Positions 36,325 through 50,285 of a stretch of 64,000 bases of DNA are shown one piece after another. The stretch covers positions 124,001 through 188,000 of the forward strand of contig JAUCBJ010006962.1 of the NCBI GenBank assembly GCA_032718475.1. Reading direction: 5' to 3'. A program made the translations under genes and the position numbers. Numbering within the stretch: the first letter of the stretch is position 1; each line of letters starts with the position of its first letter. The DNA is from Nemertoderma westbladi. Its lineage: Eukaryota; Animalia; Xenacoelomorpha. The notes under the pieces were generated by a model that did not search any database, was not told where the DNA came from, and was given only the letters and a program-made list of their open reading frames with translations.

Positions 36325-38294
36325 TGTTATGGTATATGGCGCTGTACACATTATTAGCCATTATACAGTATAATATATTGGTTCATTATACAGTATAATA
36401 TATTAGTCCGTTATACTGTACGCAATATTAGTCCGTTATGCAGTATAATATTTTAGATAAGACATAATAGCGAGGTGATATTTAGATAAGGAAACTGAAA
36501 CGCCCATATATTTTGAACTCATCCATTTTGTATAGTATGTAGCCCTACCTACGTAATTTTGTATTAAGATATAAGTAGATAGTTCCAGGGTAGCAAGTTC
36601 AGTTGGACCCTGGATATGTGCTTGCTGTTATTAGCTTCGATAGGGCCAGCATCTAGGGACGCAATCCTAACCATTCCGCAGCCAGGGACACGATCCATTA
36701 CCATATATGGTAATAATTTACGGTTTGGAAGCCCTGAGGTTCACAATCCGGCTTTCTAATTGGACTAACTAATATTCTTAACTGTGTTTCTCAATCAATC
36801 CTATTGATTACTGCTAATTACAACCGGAACTATGATTTCTACCTCTTCCGTTAATGGTTCTATGTAATTTATTTCGACGCAATAATCCTACGGGATTTCT
36901 GAGACTGTCAGACTTGTGATTTGCATGCGCCGCTACGGTAGCTATTCAATAAATGGAGGGCTAAGGTGCCAGTAGGCGGTGGGCGCATCGGGGGGTTAGC
37001 GACGAAGGGAGTGCGGAAGATTCAAAGGCGGGCAACGCTGGCGGGGGTCAACGTTGTGGTCGGGCAATTTGAACTGTAGGTAGAGACCGCTCGCTGGTAC
37101 GGTAACTAGGGGGCTGATGATCCAGATTTTGTCTCTATTTAGTATTAGGGGGGCAGGAATTGGGTTAGTTAGGAAGCCTAGATGTACCCGGGAGGGGCCT
37201 GCATACCCTACAGTAAATTGCGAATTAGTCAATTGCGAATTATTACGTTGCGAATTATATAATTGCGGATTGTATAATTGCAAGTTATACTATTGTGATC
37301 TGTGATTGCTGACGCTGATTGGTGTGTTACTGAAGTGTGCCTATGATTACGAATGCTTAGGTAGGCGCCCGTTTCTCTTTGATTGATTTCTATTTCTTAG
37401 TTACAACAAATAATTACTGATTAGGTCAAAGTAATACGGCATTTTAGGCTATTACTAGCGAAACCTGTTGTGTAATAAATTAGAATTACGCATTCTGGAA
37501 CTCTTAGTAATTAGTGCGCTGTTACATATTTGTGACTGTAATTGATTAGTAAAATTAAGAATTAGTACGCAGCATAGCGGAGAGTAGCTAAGGTAATAAT
37601 TTAGAGTACCGTAAACTATTCACGCTGAGCGGTTATTTGCATTAGCGGGCAATAAGCTAGATCGCAGTAGTCAGTACGCAAGACACTAGTAGATTGCTGG
37701 CCTAAAGCCAGCTGCAGGCAAGTTTAGACCCAGAGCGGTATCACCCACGAAAGACAGTGTACTGTACCAATTTTTTGATTATTTTAAATATTCTCGCATT
37801 CACACATTCCGTTAGGGAATCCCCAGTATTCGCGATTAGAAAAGACGTAGACAATAGCGTGCTTTAATAGTGGTAAAATTAGGCGTAATAATACTCTGAG
37901 TGCAAAGCCTCTCGCACTCGTCTTAAGTAAGCTTAGGGAGCCGACTCGGGTTTATTGTTTTGGTTATTCCCGCGTGGCTCATAGATTCGAACAGTTAGCT
38001 CTCTATCGAGCGATCGGTAGAGAAAGGAACAAGCGATTTTGCAGGAGCTGTGTAAATTTAGTAAAATATATTAGCGGACGGCAGATTAGCGCCATCCAAC
38101 GGTAAGTAGCGGTTTTGTATTTAGCAGCCTTTACATTTTAGTAATAGCACGCTCCTGATCCCCTTTACTTAACAGTAGAGCAGTCTTTGTGTCTTATTGG
38201 TTAGGCGAGAACTCATTAGGTTGGCAGAGAAGTATACGGGTATTTGTCTGTTCAACAGTTCTGCTGTTAGTATAGGGGTCGCGCCTGTTTAACA
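36325..38294 (+). repeat. 3' LTR of element B (1970 bp; lacks the equivalent of 18825-19077)
   Basis: Direct comparison; deletion junction at ~36770. Confidence 0.95.
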
Positions 38295-38299
38295 CAATG

Positions 38300-38420
38300 T
38301 ATCCTTGTGCATTTAGGTATTAATTGTGCTATGCTGTTAAATTTGGTATAAATAATCTGTACAGTATGTTTTATGGGCTCTGCCCGATGAATAAACTTGA
38401 AATTGAAATTGAATTGAAAA
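38300..38420 (+). mobile_element. 3' end of the outer LINE, with AATAAA and (TTGAAA)n tail
   Basis: GAATAAACTTGAAATTGAAATTGAATTGAAA directly beyond the TSD of element B. Confidence 0.65.
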
Positions 38421-39432
38421 TTTAGTTACGATGCTATTTTAGAGTGTTGCTTGGCAACTCTGTAAACAACACTGCAGCTGATAAATATCTGAGATTCCTT
38501 TAGTTAGTTGTTCCATATTTTAATATAGGTAAGCATGCTGATAGTCCGGCAGCCACGTACCTCTTTTTGGCCCAACCGAAAATTTTTGGACGGATTACAT
38601 TTTTTGGTTGTTTTGGTGTCTATGGGTCCCTCTTAACATAAAAAAGTGATTTATGGACTTTGACACCTTGGGCAATTTTAATTAATGACCCGTTTCTATG
38701 GACTACAGCAATTTCTTTGAAAGCTTAGCAATCAGAATGGCGATTAACTGGTGGGCTTGAACTGGTTGTAATTTTGATGGAAAATATGAAAATTTTAGAG
38801 AAACTATTGAAGTGTTGCTATGGTAACGAAGGCACTACAACTATCGCTCTATCTTTCCAAGGAAAAACTACTATGCCTACTGACACTCATGTGTTTTTTG
38901 TTTCGTTTGTGCACTTTATTAATAATATGTTTCCCTAAATAATATACACCACATCAATTTTGTATAGAAATATGTTTAGCAACAAATACCCGTATTCATG
39001 GAAACCACAGTAATTTATTGCGGACATCACATCGAAGCTTTTAAAACCTTGGCAAAAAATTATTACTTTAAAATGTATATAAATAAATTGTTTCCTGCTT
39101 GTTTCAGGTAGTGGCGCACTTTGACCGCAAGTGAAAATAGTGATCTTCAGCGCTAATTGACCGCAAGTGAAATAATGCAGAGTTTATTGCTTTGGTTAAA
39201 AAACATCGCCACTGTAACCTGCTCCTTTCCCTTAATGTTTTTAATTAAATTAAACCAATTTTTAAAACCCACCAAATTTATTTTGTGTTTGCGGACATTT
39301 TGCGCCATTGACTCACTTGTTTATACCAATTTTTTAATGAACACTAAATATACACAATTTAGTTAATGCATGGCGAATATGGAGACTATGCATTTTATAT
39401 TATTCATTGTTTGATTATAATACAATATGAGA

Positions 39433-39948
39433 TTACGAAAAGTTTGCGCATGAATCTTTATTGTAGTTGCAAAATTCTGTGTAATCATGTTTGTTTTTTC
39501 TGCAGGTGCACTTCTGCGATTTACATGGGATTTTGGATGAACAGTTACACCGAATTAATTGCAAAATGCATTCCGGAGCTGGTGGTATGCCCTCAGGTAT
39601 TGCAATCGGGGAAAGTTGATTGTTAGCTATTATCCACCCATATTTTCTGGGGTCTACACTAGGTGGTTTAATTTCCATTGAGTTCTTCAACACCTTTACT
39701 TGCAAATGGGCCCTTTTCACGTTCTCTGAGAAGGAGTCAGTGGTCGGTGGTATTGTTTGCAGCTTTGCACAGCGGGTGATTGTTTTTTCTGTGCACACCT
39801 TTTGTCTGTGACTGGGTCATGTTGTCTGAGTCATATCCATAGCAGTCCCGCCAGTCAGTTATAAAGTTAGTACATTCCATTAAGACTGTAGATTGCGGTG
39901 CTTCCATATCTCCCAAACAAGTAAGAGTGAGTCCTTTCTCCAAAGCCT
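39433..39948 (-). pseudogene. AcademX-type transposase C-terminal fragment (XPG-like region and Cys-rich tail)
   Basis: IPPT..VKRAHLQ..P..YGW..PPAP..LIRCNC..CKSQKCTCRKN..EFC; a VHAL motif continues at ~41580-41670. Confidence 0.65.
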
Positions 39949-39951
39949 TGT

Positions 39952-41577
39952 GGGGCGAGACACGAATGGCGAGCCATCAGCGAACTGATATAATTATACT
40001 ATGGCCGTTTTTCAAAAGTCTGTGTGTGTGTGTGTGTGTGTGTGACATGTGTGTGTGTCGGTAGCCATAAATGTCGGAAGCCATAATCTAAATTAATATA
40101 TTCAGCTAAAGAGCACCAATCTGAGCGAATGATACATCGGTTAGCCAGGTAGCTAGCTACTTGCAGACCAATCATAGGTGGCCTGCAGCAGGCTGGGTTG
40201 GTTAAGTAGTAATCTCAATAAATAGGACCCAGCAGGAGAGCGGAGTGGATCTACTGTGATTGGTTCTTGACTTACATTGGTAAGAACCAGCAGTAAATCT
40301 TAGATTAGCTTTTTTCAGTTCACATATTGTTTATAATCATAAACACAAAATGATTCAATTATTCAATTTTGCAATGTACCGGATGGGTGCTAGCGAGGTA
40401 GGCCTAGCAGGTCGTCAGTCCGTCATCCTACAAGTTGGATCTTGACTCTATCATGTGCGTTCATCTATATGATGCAGACCATCCTGAGCCCGTGAACATG
40501 AATTGTAAAGGCTATCTCGAGGCTGATTATTTTACACATTTACTTGATACTTGCATGAATGCGTCTTTGAGGTAAAATTGCATTATTCTGCAGTTGTTTT
40601 GTTATCTGAGAAATTACTGATCAGCAAGCAGGAAATTATAACAGCATCATCGTAACCACTCTGCTGACACTTTGCAGAATAAATTCTACCAGACCATAGC
40701 TGCGTGTTGGGAGGACGCCGACCAGTTTGCGGTTCTTCAGTCTGCCACTAGGAGGCGAAATGTCTGAAAGTGAAAATCTTATCCTATTTTGTTATTAATA
40801 ATGATTTTTAGCTGATACTTAGGTCCTTTACACAATATGTTTATAATGTTTTTTTTGCTGATACCAAGCAGAGTATACTACACCGTAAGGGTGTGTATTT
40901 GGGCTTGGGGAGACGATGACCAATCTACAGTTCCCCAGTCTGCCGCTATTAGGGGATGAAATGTCTGAATGAGGAAACCTACAATTTTGTTGTTTATGAA
41001 TGCTTTTTTGCTGATACTTGGCACTTGGCAGGCAGTCTGCCACTAGGGGGCGAAATGTCTGAAATTACAACCTTCCATTTTAATACGATAGAGTTGCTGC
41101 AGTGACCTACTGCACTATAGGTTATGTTTGCGAGGACGCTAACCACTACTCTGCAGTTATACAGTTTTCCAGTTACACACGCAGTTATACATGTAAAGTT
41201 TTGTTAAGTTAATTAATTAATTTATTTATGTTTGATATTGTCCATTGATTGATTGACTGTATAGAAGCTTGTGAACTAGAAGGTTTCTAGTGTTATATAT
41301 AAATATGCATTGTCTGTCTGTGAGTCTATGAGTCTGTGAGTCTGTCCAAGCTATACACTCCGACACACGAGCACCAATCTGAGCAAATGATCGAAAGCTC
41401 TCTTCCCGAGCACATAAACTATCGCTATCTCGAGGCTAATTTTACTTGTTTGTTTGCGTGAATGCGTATTTTGTGTGGGGCGAGACACGAATGGCGAGCC
41501 ATCAGCGAACTGATATACTGTAATTATACTATGGCCGTTTTTCAAAAGTCTCTGTGTGTGTATGTGTGTGTGTGACA
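39952..41577 (+). mobile_element. Relative of the ACA/TGT element: one unit 39952-41473 plus the start of a second unit at 41477
   Basis: TGT|GGGGCGAGACACGAA..GCGAAC head, (TG)n microsatellite, internal GCCACTAGGGGGCG repeats; head repeated after a single TGT. Confidence 0.65.
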
Positions 41578-42836
41578 ACAAGGCATGAACAAGGGCAGCC
41601 GTGCCCAATAATATTTCTTGAAGTTGTACATTACTAAAATGGCAGCTAAAGCTAAAGTCATTGACCAAGCCAGTGCCTAGGCTAGCACACAAGGACATGG
41701 CCTAACCTGTAGTAGTCTAGTAGAAGGAATAGTGCTCCTTCAATACATCTCAACAGACATCAATTCATTTGCCTCTGCCTACCATAACATAACATATATG
41801 CTTGATTTCCAATCACCTCTCACCACAATTATTATTAGTAATTAAAAGTTTCAATTCGATTTGTCTTTCCGTTATATGGTTATTCAGTTATTGCATTATT
41901 AATAAACAAATGTTTTAAAATATATCTTAGGCCAGTATTGGTTGACAAAAGGAGATACGCAATGCGTATCCCATTGCGCCTCATAATAGCCTCTCGTCAA
42001 CAAGTCAACCCCACCGACTAGCGGCACTGGCTGTTTCAGCTGACGGGGCTCTGTCGAAAAACGCGTCCCTGATGCAGTAAGGGCCCTCTTTTGAGGAGCA
42101 ATATTATTATTGCCGCGGAACTGCTTCTACTCTAGGCCAGACCTAGCCAGAAGTAGAATCCTCACCAACCATCAACACGAATAGATAAATCTGACACTTG
42201 CCCCAACACCCCCCCCCCCCCCCCCCCCCCGCCCCAATGAGGCAGAGGCAGACCAACAACACACCTCTTCACCTCTACCGATGTCGGAGAGTAAAATACC
42301 ACGCATTATAGAATACAGGATAAGTTTGATCCAAGCAATGCAACGAAACCTGTAAGTTAGAAAATGCATGGTCCCAATATTTGCAAAATAATTACAAAGT
42401 CCTACATTTATTTTGCATGAGATACTAACAACCCGTCACTAACCACAACAAACGTACTGTATAGTACAGTAGCCTGTCGTATTCGCCCAAATACGGCAGT
42501 ATAACTCTGGGTTCAGAGAACGTGTACATATTGACAGGCGGCAATCCCCGGATACAGTACCATGCATGTGTTTGATATAAATATTAGATTTCTACTTCCA
42601 TACAATTCTCATTGATTCCGCAGGTCAATGTTATAATTAAAACAGTCAATTTGATATATTCTTCCGATTCCATAGGCGGCTTACACACCAACTCCCACCC
42701 TACAGCCCTATTTATCCCAATCCATCAATTTTTGTCACAGGTGTGGTCTGAGGATACTACATTATACAAAATGAGTTTTCCATCCTGATAACTCTGTTTA
42801 ATTTGACAATGTTTATAATGATAACTTCACCTCGAT

Positions 42837-45800
42837 GGTCTGGCTGCAACCGGAGAGCCAAAGGCTCGACAGAGAATTATGAGGCATAGATACTGCAGCC
42901 TATTTAACGGAACATAGAACCCACCATCAACACCAACTTCAAACCTCATAATTTATACAGTCTAGAGACCTACCTATCAAGTAGGCACTTTGCTTTGATC
43001 TTTTTTAGGTCGATTTTTAAAGGATTTTTCCAGGAGAACGGCGAAAGCTAGAACGATTCTGTTTGCGCGATCTGGTAGATGGCCCTAGCGCGATAGCTAG
43101 GAGTTTTTGTGGAAAAAATCTGTTAATTAATTAATTAGTAATTAGCGATTAAAGATTTCTAATTGATTTATCTCGAAAAGTATTTGGTTTTTCCCCTAGC
43201 AACGGTGTTTTTTTTTGTTCATCTCGGTAAGATCTAAAAAAAGTTCAGTCATCGCTATGGCCCTCCTATTACTGTTAATTAGTACTAATTAGCCGAAAAC
43301 TAATTAGCGTCGTAACTCGAAAACACTAAGAGCTATGAAAAAACGTAACATCACAAAGTTGTTCGGAATTTTATTCTACACAAAAAAGTCTCTGGCGCCG
43401 ATGCCGTATCTCCTACCGTTAATTAGTAATTAACTAATTACTTAATTACCTAATTGGCGGGGGGGCTTTGCCCCCCCGTCCCCCAAATCCTTATTCACAA
43501 GGTGTATCAAAGCGGTTTACTATTTTACAAATGATAATTACTCTAAAATCTTTTGAATCGAACTAATTAACGATTTTACTAATTAGTAAAGTTCCCCAAA
43601 TTAATTAATAATTTATCCACTCCGGCTGCAATTAATTAAACAGCTGAGTCGTCAGCCTGGTTTGATGAACTTGATGAAATCATAAAGTCAGTAGTTGCTG
43701 TATGCCATTACTGACTAAAACTATATACCAAGCACCTCTTGCCGGTAGCTATCTCCACAGTCTGTAGTGAGCACCGGTGCAGGTATGGTAGGCCTACATG
43801 TATGGCATATTTAGTGGAGGTTCTTTTGGCAGATAGGCCTAGTCAAAACGTTACATCAGATGCCGTATTTTAGTCAAAACGTACCCTATCTTCATATAGT
43901 TGAGTATTGTCAATACAGGAATATCCAAGTACTGGGTACTCCTGTACTTAGTATACCCATCTGCCCATGTACAGTAACTGGCTGATAGTTACCCTTAGTT
44001 TGTAGGCTATAGATGATTGACGTTTCTAGCAATGTTCTTAACGTTGGGATTTTACTTGGAAGTTATTAATACCATAGTTTACCCCAAAAAAACTAAAATT
44101 ACCCAAATCGCACCAAATCAAAATAAATCTTATAACAGCAACACGGGCTATCTGACGATATGGATTAGATCAATGTAGCGGATAGTGACCATTGAAGGGC
44201 TTCTTATGCATGCAAAGGAAAATATGATCAGACCCAAATCACACAGTCAGACCTGATCTTTTGCTGATCAAATACCGGTAGGTGACTTTGCTGATATGCA
44301 GTAACATTTTACAGTACAATTTGATGCGAAAATGTTTTGGCCAGTACTCTGAACCTTCCATTGGGGTCTCAGGTCACGCGCGTACCGTGGTCACTGTATC
44401 TGGCACCTGATTGGCTCAAATATTCAAACGCTGAAAACTTACCTAGGCCTTGACAATTAGTGATAAGATTTTATGCGAATATGTTTTGGATGGTGTTCTG
44501 AATCTCGCGTTGAGGTCCCAAGTCACCCCCATACCGTGGTCATCAGATACGGCGCCTGATTGGCTAATGCTTTGAACGACGATAACTCGAGTTTGCTTCA
44601 CTTTGGGATGAAGTTTGAAAGCTAAGAATATTCTCTGGAGTATGCCCTAACTCACTGACGATGTTTTATAGCTGTTGGATTGTCGGGTTTTGCTACGTGG
44701 TCTATGATTGGTTAATTTTTTGAAAGGCTATATCTCAAGAAGTATTCACTTTGGAATGATGAAGTTTATTTTAAATGTTCTCTAGAGTGTTTCCGATCCT
44801 ACTAAAGACATCCAATTGCTGTATGACTACCGGTTTCACGCTTTTGATTGTTTGAATATGCATGAAAATTTTGCATATAATATATCAAGAAGAATTAATT
44901 TTTGCACAAAGGAAATAATACTTACAATGCTCTCTGACATGTCTGGTGTATTTTAAAATCACTGGGGTTGAACAATTGTAATTGGAATACACCTTCATGG
45001 GTTTTCTTTATGATTTTAGAGCTTTAAAAGTTCAATATTAAATTTTTTATTAAATAATTATTTTTGTGTTATTTGTTAATATGAGTATATTTCTGTATTT
45101 GCTGGTATTATATTTTGGGTGTTTTTTTTGTTATTAGTTTTGGTATTAATTATTTTTTATTAATCCAGGGAATATCCCTATTAACTCTGGGTCCTCACTC
45201 GTTAATTCAGGGACCACCCCGATAGCTCTGGGTCCACCCTCGTCTCGTTAATTCAGAACCACCTTTGTCAATTCAACAAATTTGAATAATTTTTTTTATT
45301 AGGTTTTCCAAGGTGCTGAATTAATTGATTGAAGATGGTTTTAAATGGCCTGCTTTTATTGTAATTCCATTTCGTGTGATGTGTTTCGTGCCACAAATTT
45401 TTGAAGTATAAATAATAATTTAATAATATGGTAGGCCTACATGTAGGGCAGATATAGTGGAGGTTCTTTTGGCAGATAGGCCTAGTCAAAACGTTACATC
45501 AGATGCAGAATTTTAGTCAAAACGTACCCTATCTTCATATATGGTAGTTGAATATTGTGAATACAGGAATACCCAAGTACTTCTGTAGGCCTACTAATGT
45601 ACATGCGCAAGTAATATAAATTGGGGGGGGGGGGTCTATGCGCCTGTCGATTCATACGAATCGACAGGCGCAACAAAAGTATTTGGAATATTATGCCCAT
45701 GTATACTTATATATGTAAGCCTTCAAGTATAAACAAAACTGACCTTAACAAAATCAAGGTAGGCATTTGTTATTTTCTATCAGCAATATGGGCTTTAACT

Positions 45801-48800
45801 TTTAACTTTACATGGGATTAATAATACTGTAATATTCTAGAACAATACCATATGGCCAACGCCGTCGGCCATGCGCTCGCACGGCGCAAATGCTCCATTT
45901 GCGCTCTCCACCTGGATGGTTTGGCTGCAACCGGAGAGCCCAAGGCTCGACAGAGAATTATGAGGTATAGATACTGCAGCCTATTTAACGGAACATAGAA
46001 CCCACCATCAACACCAACTTCAAACCTCATAATTTAACGGTCTAGTATCACTCCCTGAGAAGTAGGCATTTTGCTTTGATCTTTTTTAGGTGGATCTTTA
46101 AATGATTTTTCCAGGAGAACGGCGAAAGCTAGAACGATTCTGTTTGCGCGATCTGGTAGATGGCCCTAGCGCGCTAGCTAGGAGTTTTTGTGGAAAAAAT
46201 CTGTTAATTAATTAATTAGTAATTAGCGATTAAAGATTTCTAATTGATTTTTCTCGAAAAGTATTTGATTTTTCCCCTAGCAACGGTGTTTTTTTTTGTT
46301 CATCTCGGTAAGATCTAAAAAAAGTTCAGTCATCGCTATGGCCCTCCTATTACTGTTAATTAGTACTAATTAGCCGAAAACTAATTAGCGTCGTAACTCG
46401 AAAACACTAAGAGCTATGAAAAAACGTAACATCACAAAGTTGTTCGGAATTTTATTCTACACAAAAAAGTCTCTGGCGCCGATGCCGTATCTCCTACCGT
46501 TAATTAGTAATTAACTAATTACTTAATTACCTAATTGGCGGGGGGGCTTTGTCCCCCCCGCCCCCAAATCCTTATTCACAAGGTGTATCAAAGCGGTTTA
46601 CTATTTTACAAATGATAATTATTCTAAAATCTTTTGAATCGAACTAATTAACGATTTTACTAATTAGTAAAGTTTCCCAAATTAATTAATAATTTATCCA
46701 ATCCGGCTGCAATTAATTAAACAGCTGAGTCGTCAGCCTGGTTTGATGAACTTGATGAAATCATAAAGTCAGTAGTTGCTGTATGCCATTACTGACTAAA
46801 ACTATATACCAAGCACCTCTTGCCGGTAGCTATCTCCACAGTCTGTAGTGAGCACCGGTGCAGGTATGGTAGGCCTACATGTATGGCATATTTAGTGGAG
46901 GTTCTTTTGGCAGATAGGCCTAGTCAAAACGTTACATCAGATGCCGTATTTTAGTCAAAACGTACCCTATCTTCATATAGTTGAGTATTGTCAATACAGG
47001 AATATCCAAGTACTGGGTACTCCTGTACTTAGTATACCCATCTGCCCATGTACAGTAACTGGCTGATAGTTACCCTTAGTTTGTAGGCTATAGATGATTG
47101 ACGTTTCTAGCAATGTTCTTAACGTTGGGATTTTACTGGAAGTTATTAATACCATAGTTTACCCCAAAAAAACTAAAATTACCCAAATCGCACCAAATCA
47201 AAATAAATCTTATAACAGCAACACGGGCTATCTGACGATATGGATTAGATCAATGTAGCGGATAGTGACCATTGAAGGGCTTCTTATGCATGCAAAGGAA
47301 AATATGATCAGACCCAAATCACACAGTCAGACCTGATCTTTTGCTGATCAAATACCGGTAGGTGACTTTGCTGATATGCAGTAACATTTTACGGTACAAT
47401 TTGATGCGAAAATGTTTTGGCCAGTACTCTGAACCTTCCATTGGGGTCTCAGGTCATGCGCGTACCGTGGTCACTGTATCTGGCACCTGATTGGCTCAAA
47501 TATTCAAACGCTGAAAACTTACCTAGGCCTTGACAATTAGTGATAAGATTTTATGCGAATATGTTTTGGATGGAGTTCTGAATCTCGCGTTGAGGTCCCA
47601 AGTCACCCCCATACCGTGGTCATCAGATACGGCGCCTGATTGGCTAATGCTTTGAACGACGATAACTCGAGTTTGCTTCACTTTGGGATGAAGTTTGAAA
47701 GCTAAGAATATTCTCTGGAGTATGCCCTAACTCACTGACGATGTTTTATAGCTGTTGGATTGTCGGGTTTTGCTACGTGGTCTATGATTGGTTAATTTTT
47801 TGAAAGGCTATATCTCAAGAAGTATTCACTTTGGAATGATGAAGTTTATTTTAAATGTTCTCTAGAGTGTTTCCGATCCTACTAAAGACATCCAATTGCT
47901 GTATGACTACCGGTTTCACGCTTTTGATTGTTTGAATATGCATGAAAATTTTGCATATAATATATCAAGAAGAATTAATTTTTGCACAAAGGAAATAATA
48001 CTTACAATGCTCTCTGACATGTCTGGTGTATTTTAAAATCACTGGGGTTGAACAATTGTAATTGGAATACACCTTCATGGGTTTTCTTTATGATTTTAGA
48101 GCTTTAAAAGTTCAATATTAAATTTTTTATTAAATAATTATTTTTGTGTTATTTGTTAATATGAGTATATTTCTGTATTTGCTGGTATTATATTTTGGGT
48201 GTTTTTTTTGTTATTAGTTTTGGTATTAATTATTTTTTATTAATCCAGGGAATATCCCTATTAACTCTGGGTCCTCACTCGTTAATTCAGGGACCACCCT
48301 CGATAGCTCTGGGTCCACCCTCGTCTCGTTAATTCAGAACCACCTTTGTCAATTCAACAAATTTGAATAATTTTTTTTATTAGGTTTTCCAAGGTGCTGA
48401 ATTAATTGATTGAAGATGGTTTTAAATGGCCTGCTTTTATTGTAATTCCATTTCGTGTGATGTGTTTCGTGCCACAAATTTTTGAAGTATAAATAATAAT
48501 TTAATAATATGGTAGGCCTACATGTAGGGCAGATATAGTGGAGGTTCTTTTGGCAGATAGGCCTAGTCAAAACGTTACATCAGATGCAGAATTTTAGTCA
48601 AAACGTACCCTATCTTCATATATGGTAGTTGAATATTGTGAATACAGGAATACCCAAGTACTTCTGTAGGCCTACTAATGTACATGCGCAAGTAATATAA
48701 ATTGGGGGGGTCTATGCGCCTGTCGATTCATACGAATCGACAGGCGCAACAAAAGTATTTGGAATATTATGCCCATGTATACTTATATATGTAAGCCTTC

Positions 48801-48993
48801 AAGTATAAACAAAACTGACCTTAACAAAATCAAGGTAGGCATTTGTTATTTTCCATCAGCAATATGGGCTTTAACTTTTAACTTTACATGGGATTAATAA
48901 TACTGTAATATTCTAGAACAATACCACATGGCCAACGCCGTCGGCCATGCGCTCGCACGGCGCAAATGCTCCATTTGCGCTCTCCACCTGGAT
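42837..48993 (+). repeat. Head-to-tail tandem of a non-coding 3081 bp unit (two near-identical copies), probably a non-autonomous element
   Basis: Units start at 42837 and 45918; each ends in hairpin GCGCAAATG-ctc-CATTTGCGC then TCTCCACCTGGAT. Confidence 0.85.
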
Positions 48994-49734
48994 TCATATA
49001 CCATAAGCATCAAACAGTCTTGCAATGTAATAAATCTGCCCAATAACTCATTGAACCGGAAGGACGCCCCAGGCTGACAACATAAATCAAAGCTAAAGTA
49101 AACATTATCTCTCCTTCATGTACTTATGTCTTCAATAATATACTACCCAGAGACAGTCAGTCCCAGGCTATACAAAATTAGTTACCTCGGAGCCAGCAGC
49201 TGCTACAGAGTATTACATAACCCAAATCCATTTACTATAACATTGCCTTTCTTTCCATTTCTTTGTCACATTTTCTCAGTTACCCCCCCCCCCCCCCCCA
49301 CACCCCACCCCACCCCTAAGCAGTCTCATCAAACCACCTGAATTATTGCAGGAGTTAAAAGTATCACATTGTCCTAATCCAAATCAACTTGAGATACAAA
49401 GAGCAACGTTTATTTATTTATTTTTCAGATACATCGCCAACACTTTCTTCTTTTTGTTCATATTAAGTATACCGTAAAAACTCTTAACCCAGTGGCTCCC
49501 TACTGTAAGAAATGTACATACGCCAAATGTCAATATGTGCGCCGCGTCGTCGGATTCCGAGTGGCCCACACCCGCTTAGGTGTGCCCACTGCGGATCTTC
49601 CGTAGTAAACCAATTTGGTCAGGTCAAATCCAAACATTCACTGGAGATCACCAAATGGGGCGCTATGTGAAATACCGTGCAGACACGATGATGAAATATA
49701 TCTTACGAAATATGGTTAATAATTAAAACGTGTC

Positions 49735-50285
49735 GCTAACATTCTCGCTGTGGGGGTTTTAAGGGGTGCTGATTACATTTCTGATGTCAGTTTTCACGTT
49801 TACATAAATCTAGTCTGTCTGTCTGTCGGTCATTCTGTTAGTCAGTCTGTCAAAACATAAAAAACAATTCAAATTAACTAACATTCTCGCTATGGGGGTT
49901 TTAAGGGGTGCTGATTTCATTTCTGATGTCAGTTTTCAGGTTTACATTAATCTAGTTTGTCGGACTGTCGGTCTTTCTGTCAGTCAGTCAGTCTGTCAAA
50001 ACTTTAAAAAGAATACAAACTAACTAACATTCTCGTTATGGGGGTTTTAATGGGTGCTGATTTCATTTCAGATGTCAGTTTTCACGTTTAATAAATCTAG
50101 TCTGTCTGGCTGTTGGTCTGTCGGTCTTTCTGTCAGTCAGTCTGTCAAAACTTAAGAAAGTATACTAACTAACCAACATTCCCGCTATGGGGGTGTTAAG
50201 GGTTGCTGATTTCATTTCTGATGTCAGTTTACACGTTTACATAAATCTAGTCTGTCTGTCTGTCGGTCTTACTGTCAGTCTGTAC
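49735..50285. repeat. Four ~145 bp tandem repeats with GTCT microsatellite, probably inside a piggyBac-type element ending GGGG|TTAA at ~50536
   Basis: Repeated CTAACATTCTCGCTATGGGGGTTTTAAGGGGTGCTGATTTC; TTAACCC at ~49484 and GGGGTTAA at ~50533. Confidence 0.6.

Larger units (their letters stand above)
18379..38294 (+). mobile_element. Full-length BEL/Pao LTR retrotransposon B (~19.9 kb) with extra 3' ORF
   Basis: LTRs TGTTA...TAACA; 5-bp TSD CAATG (18374-18378, 38295-38299); gag-PR-RT-RH-IN order. Confidence 0.95.

Noticed and set aside
38542-38706. TAGTCC...GGACTA as a mini-Academ
   Set aside because: Flanks TGA and CAG give no TSD and the inverted match is only 6 bp.
42035-42075. CTGACGG...GAAAAACGCGTC resembling a Penelope-type hammerhead ribozyme
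   Set aside because: The core departs from CUGANGA and helix I does not pair in register.
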